From Raja brachyura (taxonomy: Eukaryota), in contig CAUPSL010000362.1 in the NCBI GenBank assembly GCA_963514005.1, positions 1 through 38,062 on the forward strand: DNA of 38,062 bases, in the 5' to 3' direction. The position numbers and the translations under genes are program-made. How positions within the stretch are numbered: the stretch's first letter is position 1; each line of letters starts with the position of its first letter. The notes beneath the pieces are model-generated. The model was given only the letters and a program-made list of their open reading frames with translations. It searched no databases and was not told the origin of the DNA. Below are positions 32,173 to 38,062 of this stretch, piece by piece.

Positions 32173-33144
32173 AACGGCCACTTCTGGGATACGGACTCAC
32201 CAACAGAACAATAGATACCATCTCAGCGTCATGCAGGGAGTCCACTAGGAAACAGTACCTGACCTACATCAGGAAGTGGGAGGTGTTCTGCTCTACAACA
32301 AACACAACCTACGAATCGGCTACCATCACGGAAGTTCTGGAATTTCTGGCTACCCTTCACTATGATGAAGGATTAAGCTACAGTGCCATTAATTGTGCCA
32401 GGAGTGCCCTATCAACTTATCTGGGCAAGGGGAGTGATCAACTGGGCATTGGATCACATCCATTAGTGTCCAAGCTAATGAGAGGAATATTTAATTCCAA
32501 TCCCCCCAGGCCCAGATACAACCACACGTGGGATATCAGCATAGTATTGACTATGTTGCGAGGATGGACACCAAACTCGGGACTCACCTTGGACAAACTC
32601 ACCTACAAAATGGTAATGATTATGGCACTTGTCACGGCACAACGGGTCCAGTCCCTGCACAAGTTAAATCTGGATGCCATGACTATCTCCAATGGCAAAA
32701 TCATTTTTCATATGCAGGGGCTGTTAAAACAAGATCGACCCGGATCGTCTGGACATACGTTAGAGTTTCTAGCCTATCCAGCAGATACTCGACTCTGCAT
32801 CGTCACTTTGATATCACGTTACATTTCAGTCACCAAGTCTCTCAGGGGCACGGAGAAAGCTTTGCTTATCAGCCACAAAAAGCCCCACCACAAAGTCACG
32901 GTGCAAACCATATCTAGATGGTTAAGGGTGGTACTGGATGCGGCGGGGGTGGACACTAATATTTTTAAATCTCACTCCATCCAGGGCAGCATCCACTTCG
33001 GCGGCTAGGATGATGGAAGTACCCATGGACCACATCCTAGCCACAGCGGGTTGGAGCAATGAGAAGACGTTTCAACGTTTTTACAACAAACCCGTGGCCT
33101 CTCCTGACTCTTTTGCAGGAAGGATTTTGAGTTCTGCTAAATAA
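32142..33144 (+). pseudogene. DIRS ORF3, tyrosine recombinase with one +1 frameshift
   Basis: STRKQY...W core-binding region, AQRVQSL (catalytic R), LLKQ, HS[T]RAAST broken by an extra base near 32980, then AGWS and FQRFY (catalytic Y) in ORF 32938-33144. Confidence 0.9.
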
Positions 33145-33301
33145 TTACCCTATATGGGATATATATTTTGTTTTGGTATGAATAAATACCTATTTTGTTT
33201 TTCAGCCAGTGTCATGTCTGAAATACGTTCATCCTCTTATCCCAGCATAGCAGTGTGTGAGCATGGGGTGTTCCAGGGCATGAAATCACAGAGCTTTGAA
33301 A

Positions 33302-33406
33302 TCTTCACGTAGTCACTCACGTGACTCCGAAGTAAAATAGTAAGATTAAATGAGAACTTACCAGTTTGAAGTTTGATCTTTATTTTATGAGGAGTTACGA
33401 TGAGGG
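33302..33406. repeat. DIRS internal complementary region (ICR)
   Basis: 33302-33337 is the reverse complement of the left end 28852-28887 (1 mismatch); 33335-33406 is the exact reverse complement of the right end 33564-33635. Confidence 0.95.
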
Positions 33407-33635
33407 ATTGCGTGCCCTCCGCTCCCAAACCCTCTATTATAAAGATCAACTGGTATGGAAGTTCTCTCTTATCTTACTATATTAGTCTACGTTGCTGTCT
33501 GTGATTTCACACCACTGCTTTGAAGAATGTCGCGCATGCGTGCTGGCGGGGTCTTCACGTAAACCCTCATCGTAACTCCTCATAAAATAAAGATCAAACT
33601 TCAAACTGGTAAGTTCTCATTTAATCTTACTATTT

Positions 33636-34640
33636 ATATGTGTCTCCCTCATCCTACTAAATTCCACTGAATACAAGCCCAGTCGCTCCATTATTTAATC
33701 ATATGACAGTTCCACCATTCTTCTGAACCTACACTCTACTCCCTCAATAGTAAGGATGTCCTTACTCAAATTACGAGAGCCAAACTGCACACTATACGCT
33801 AGCTGTGGTCTCACCGGGGCCCTGTACAACTGAAGAAACACCTCTTTGCTCCTATACTCAACTCCTCTCGTTAGGAAGGTAAACATGCCATTAACTTTCC
33901 CCACTACCTGTTGTACCTGCATGCTTACTTCAGGAACTGATGTACTAGGGCACACGGGTCTCGTTGTCCTTCCTCTTTTCCCAACGAGACACCATTCAGG
34001 TAATAATATGCCCACCCGTTCTTGCCACCAAAGTGGTTAACCTCACATTTATCCACATTATAATGCAATTGCCACGCATCTGCCCACTCACCCACCCTGG
34101 CCTAGTCACCCTGCATCCTCATAGCAGCCTCTTCACAGTTCACACTGCCACCGAGCTTTATCTCATGTGCAAATTGGGTAATGTTGATTTAAATCCTTCA
34201 TCTAAAACTTTAATGTATATAGTGATTAGCTGCATTCCCAGCACCGAGCTTTGCGGCACTAGTCACTGCTTGCCATTCTGAAAGGGACCTGTCAATCCTT
34301 ACACTTTGTTTCCTGTCTGCCAACTAATTTTTTTGTCCATGTGAATACTCTATCCCCAATACCATGTGCTCTAATTTTCCCCACTTATCTCCTGTGTGGG
34401 ACCTTCTCAAAGGCTTTCTGAAAGTCCAGGTACACTACATCCACTGGCTCTCCCTTGACTATTTTTCTTGTTACATCTTCAAAAAATTCCAGATGATTTG
34501 TCAAGCATGATTCCCCCTTTGTAAATCCATGGTGTCTTGGACCGATCCTGTTACGGCTATCCAAATGCACTGCTATTACATCTTTGTTAATTAACCAGCA
34601 TCTTCCCCACCATTGATATCAGGCCAACTGGTCTATTATT
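33636..34640 (-). mobile_element. CR1 RT part; continuation of the DIRS host element
   Basis: HGFTKGESCLTN...DFQKAFEKVPH (34385-34570) and LYRAPVRPQLAYSVQF (33695-34015). Confidence 0.85.
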
Positions 34641-34694
34641 TGTGATCTGTCGTGTGTTTACCGGCTTTTGCAGTTCTTGGTAATCTTATCTGAT

Positions 34695-36480
34695 AATGGA
34701 CAATAGCTGTAGGAGTAGGCTATTTGGCCCTTCGAGCCAGCATCGCCATTCACTGTAATCTTGGCTGATCATCCACATTCAGTACCCCGTTCCTGCCTTT
34801 TCACTATATCCGCTGACCCTACTATCTTTAAGAGCTCTATCTAACACTCTCTTGAAAGCACCCAGAGCCTTCCACTGCTTTCTGAGGCAGAGAATCCCAC
34901 AGATTCCCAACTCTTTATGTGAACATGTTTTTCCTCATTTCTGTTATAAATGGCCTACCCCTTATTCTTAAACTGTGGCACCTGGTTCTGGACTCCCTCA
35001 ACATCGGGAACATGTTTGCTGCCTCTAGCGTGTGCAATCCCTTAAAAATCGTATATGTTCCAACAGGAACCCCTCTCATCCTTATAAATTCCAGTGTATA
35101 CATGCTCAGTCGCTGCATTCTATCAACATATGACAGCCCTGCCATCCCGGGAATTAACCTCGTGAACCTACGCTGCACTCCGTCAATAGGAAGAATGTCC
35201 TTCCTCAAATTTGGAGACCAAAACTGCACACAATATTCCAGGTGTGGTCTCACTGGGGTCCTGTACAACTGCAGAAGGACCTATTTGCTCCTATACTCAA
35301 CTCCTCGTGTTATGAAGGCCAACATACCATTAGCTTTCTTCACTGCCTGCTGTACATATATGCTTATTTTCAGTGATTGATGAACAAGAACCCCCAGATC
35401 CCTTTGTACATTTCCTTTTCCCAACTTGACCCCATTCAGATAATAATCTGCCTTCCTGTTTTTGCAAACAAAGTGGATAACCTTGTATTTATCCACGTTA
35501 ATCTGCATCTGCCATACATCCATACACACTGCCACCCAGCTTTGTGTCATCTGCAAATTTGCTAATGTTACACTGAATCCCTTCGTCTAAATTATTGATG
35601 TATATTGTAAATAGCTACACTCCAGGCACCGAGCCTTGCAGTACTCCACTTGTCACTGCCTGCCATTCTGAAAGGAACCCGTTAATCCCTGCACTTTGTC
35701 TCCTGTCTGCCAACCAATTTGCTATCCATGTCAGTACCCTACCCCCAATACCTTGTTCTCTAATTCTTCCCACTAATCTTCTATGTGGGACCTTATCAAA
35801 TGCTTTCAAAGGTCCATGTACACGACATCCTGTGGCTCTCCCTTGTCCATTTTCGCAGTTACATCCTCAAGAAATTCCATAAGATTAGTCAAGCATGATT
35901 TCCCCTTCATAAATCCATGCTGACTCGGACCGATCCTGCTACCACTATCTAAATGTGCCGCTATTTCATATTTTATGATTGACTCCAGCATCTTCCCCAC
36001 CATCGATGTCAGGCTAACTGGTCTATAATTCACTGTTCACTGTTTTCTCTCTCTCGCCTTTCTTATATTGTGGGATAACACCCACATTGTGGAATAGCTA
36101 CCCCCTAATCAACAGGAGCTGATTCTGAATCTATAGAACATTGGAAATTGATCACAAATGTGTCCGCGATTTCTAGAGCCACTTCGTTAAGTACCCTGGT
36201 ATGCAGACCATCAGGCCTTGGGGATTTATCAGCTGTCAGTCCCTTCAGTCTACCCAATGCCATTTTCTGCCTAATGTGATTTTCCTTCACTTCCTCCGTA
36301 ACCCTAGATCTGCCCACTAGTACATCAGGGAAATTGTTTGTGCCTTCCTTCGTCAAGATGGATCCAAAGTACCTGTTCAATTAATCTGCCATTTCCTTGG
36401 TCCCTAAAATAAATTCACCTTCTTCAGTTTTCAAGGGTCCAACTTTGGTCTTAACTGTTTTCTTCTTCTTCACATACCTG
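34695..36480 (-). mobile_element. CR1 LINE, decayed ORF2 RT region + 3' UTR
   Basis: ORF pieces with NYRPVSLTS, SQHGF, KAFDKVPH and VRPHLEYCVQFWSP. Confidence 0.88.
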
Positions 36481-36689
36481 CCTGCATGTGATCCATATCC
36501 CTGCCTGTCTGCACTTCCCTGTGCCTGTCTAATAGCCACTTAAATGCCACTGTCAAAGCTGTCTCCATCATCTGCCCCGTCAATGGATATACCGTGACCA
36601 AATCACCTTCCTAGTAAGCCTTTTCTACATTATTTCAGACTATAAAATCATGGCCTTAATTCCACTAGAGAGAGAGGGTTTGTTGTAGT

Positions 36690-36786
36690 TGTTTTACAAG
36701 CTAATACTGAAACAATTATTCCACAGAGGATAGTTTTGCAAATGAGGTAAGTCAGCTCCAAGCTTGCATTGTTTGAAATTTAGCCT
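36690..36786 (-). pseudogene. Decayed full-length relic of the TRBC TM exon in intron 1
   Basis: Reconstructs to EAKFQTMQA-(frameshift)-LTYL--ICKTILCGIIVSVLACKT; acceptor changed cag>cat, 1-nt and 6-nt deletions, no GT donor. Confidence 0.85.
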
Positions 36787-36854
36787 ATGTTAAGAGAACA
36801 GAAATATACTCAATACATTGACTGATGAAGATCAAGATAAAAATAGAAATAGGA

Positions 36855-37272
36855 ATAGAATGTGGGAGGTCATGCTACAGATTTACAGACACTGGTGAGG
36901 CCACATATGGAGTATTGTGTTCAGTTTGAGTCACCCTGTTTTGTGAAGTTCTTCACGAGTGGCATCGAAGGAAGATGGGGGGGGGGGAGAAAGCTTTTCG
37001 CACAATGTCCTTCATCAGTCAGAGTATTGCGAATCAAAGTTGGGTGGTCATGCTACAGTTTCATAAGACATTGGCGAGGCCACATTTGTAGTACTGTGTT
37101 CAGTTTGGTCACCATGTTATCGGAAAGATTCTGTTCCTTGAAAGTGGCACTGCAGGTAGATAGGGTGGTCAAGAAGGCTTTTGGTACATCGACCTACATT
37201 GGTACATCATCGGTCAGAGAACTGAGAACAGCAATTGGGAGGTCATGTTACAGTTGTACAAGACATTGGGGT
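36855..37272 (+). repeat. Tandemly reiterated CR1 fragment (about 3 units); homologous to 24060-24320
   Basis: The ggtcatg(c/t)tacag...aga(c)actgg/cattgg motif recurs near 36868, 37045 and 37241. Confidence 0.7.
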
Positions 37273-37284
37273 TAGATACCTCAC

Positions 37285-37635
37285 CGTGTTTGATGTTGTG
37301 GGTGCCATGTTTAGTTTGTGGTGTAGATCCATTCTTGTAGTGGTTTACTTCACACACGACTTGCTTGGCCTTTGCGTAATCTCGGGCGTCCAATCTAATG
37401 CGACTACTGATACTGAAGGTTTTCCCTCCGTCATCGCTCTGGGAGCTAGGATCCATCTGGATGTCAGAACTTTCTTTGGATTGTTCAAAGCCATCAATAA
37501 GCCAACGTATCTTGATGTTGTCCGGGTAGAAATCAGTGATTAGACAAACCACCGTGGCTTTGCCCTTGCTATTAATTTCTTGGTCAGACGGCTGGAGAAT
37601 TGTAACTTCGGGAGATCGCAGCTCCAAATTTGGAT
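37285..37635 (-). CDS. TRBC: T-cell receptor beta constant region exon 1 (Ig C1 domain)
   Basis: Translates (D)PNLELRSPEVTILQPSDQEINSKGKATVVCLITDFYPDNIKIRW...FSISSRIRL...VVCEVNHY...NIKH. The PS-x-x-E-I, KATxVCL, FYPD, W and SSRxR motifs are typical of C-beta. Pyrimidine-rich ...ctttcag acceptor at 37636 and G|gtgag donor at 37284; 351 bp, phase 1/1. Confidence 0.95.
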
Positions 37636-37764
37636 CTGAAAGAGAGAGAGAGGGAAAGAGAGAGGGAAAGGGAGAAAGGGAATGTGAGGGAAAGAGAGAG
37701 GGAGGGGAGGGGGAGGGGTGGTAGGGGGAAAAGTGAAGAGAGAATAGAACAAAGTTAGGTGACG

Positions 37765-38000
37765 TTTGGAGTATGAGAAACTAGTACAGCTTCCTATGCC
37801 TTCAGGGTGGAGTGGGCGTTTCTCTAGTTGGAGAGTTTAAGACAAGAGGGCACAGCCTCAGAATAAAATTATGTACATTCAGAAGGGAGATGAGGAGGAA
37901 TTCCTTCAGTAAGAGGGTGATAAATCTGTGCACTTAATTGCCACAGAGGGCATTGGAGGTTCTCAATAGGTATTTTGAAGGCAGAGATTGATAGATTCTT
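37765..38000 (+). mobile_element. CR1 ORF2 3' fragment
   Basis: agacaagagggcacagcctcagaataaa...gagatgaggaggaatt...agagggtgataaatctgtg. Confidence 0.72.
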
Positions 38001-38062
38001 AAGAAGACACACATGCTGAGTAATCCAGTAGAACAGGCAGCATCTCTGGAGAGAAGAATGGG

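Larger units (their letters stand above)
28852..33635 (+). mobile_element. Full-length DIRS1-type tyrosine-recombinase retrotransposon
   Basis: gag, RT-RNaseH-methyltransferase-like and YR ORFs; perfect 35-bp inverted repeat (28878-28912 / 33527-33561); ICR at 33302-33406; ends in TTT; splits a CR1 whose sequence rejoins across the element. Confidence 0.96.

Noticed and set aside
36620-36642. ttatttcagac, matching the exon 4 acceptor
   Set aside because: Wrong strand relative to TRBC, and similarity does not extend.
37285-37635. Alternative identity as an Ig light chain or TCR gamma/delta constant exon
   Set aside because: The in-frame hinge-Cys, single-Lys TM with Y...K...Y and separate short tail exon fit TCR-beta; light chains have no TM exon.

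Overview
Eukaryotic, repeat-dense DNA, most likely from a cartilaginous fish such as a skate or ray (inferred from HE1-type SINEs, shark-type CR1 LINEs and the TCR sequence). The host gene is a T-cell receptor beta constant gene (TRBC) on the minus strand. It has four exons that splice in frame: Ig-C1 (37285-37635), a 21-bp hinge (25969-25989), a 107-bp transmembrane (TM) exon (21383-21489) and a cytoplasmic exon (19222-19248). The 3' half of the gene is tandemly duplicated: a second intact TM + cytoplasmic + poly(A) cassette lies at about 3325-9050 with no Ig or hinge exon of its own visible. Two further decayed TM-exon copies lie in intron 1 (36690-36786) and intron 2 (23959-23993). Intron 1 carries a nearly intact 4.8-kb DIRS1-type tyrosine-recombinase retrotransposon (28852-33635) with gag, pol and YR ORFs, inverted repeats and an internal complementary region. 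It also has a candidate -1 frameshift site (T TTT TTA) at the gag/pol overlap. The rest is nested CR1 LINEs, Rex1/Babar 3' ends, HE1 SINEs, Penelope-type repeats with degenerate hammerhead cores, a Tigger-like MITE, a minisatellite and two N runs. All calls were made by eye. Exon and DIRS boundaries were counted exactly; older TE boundaries are approximate.
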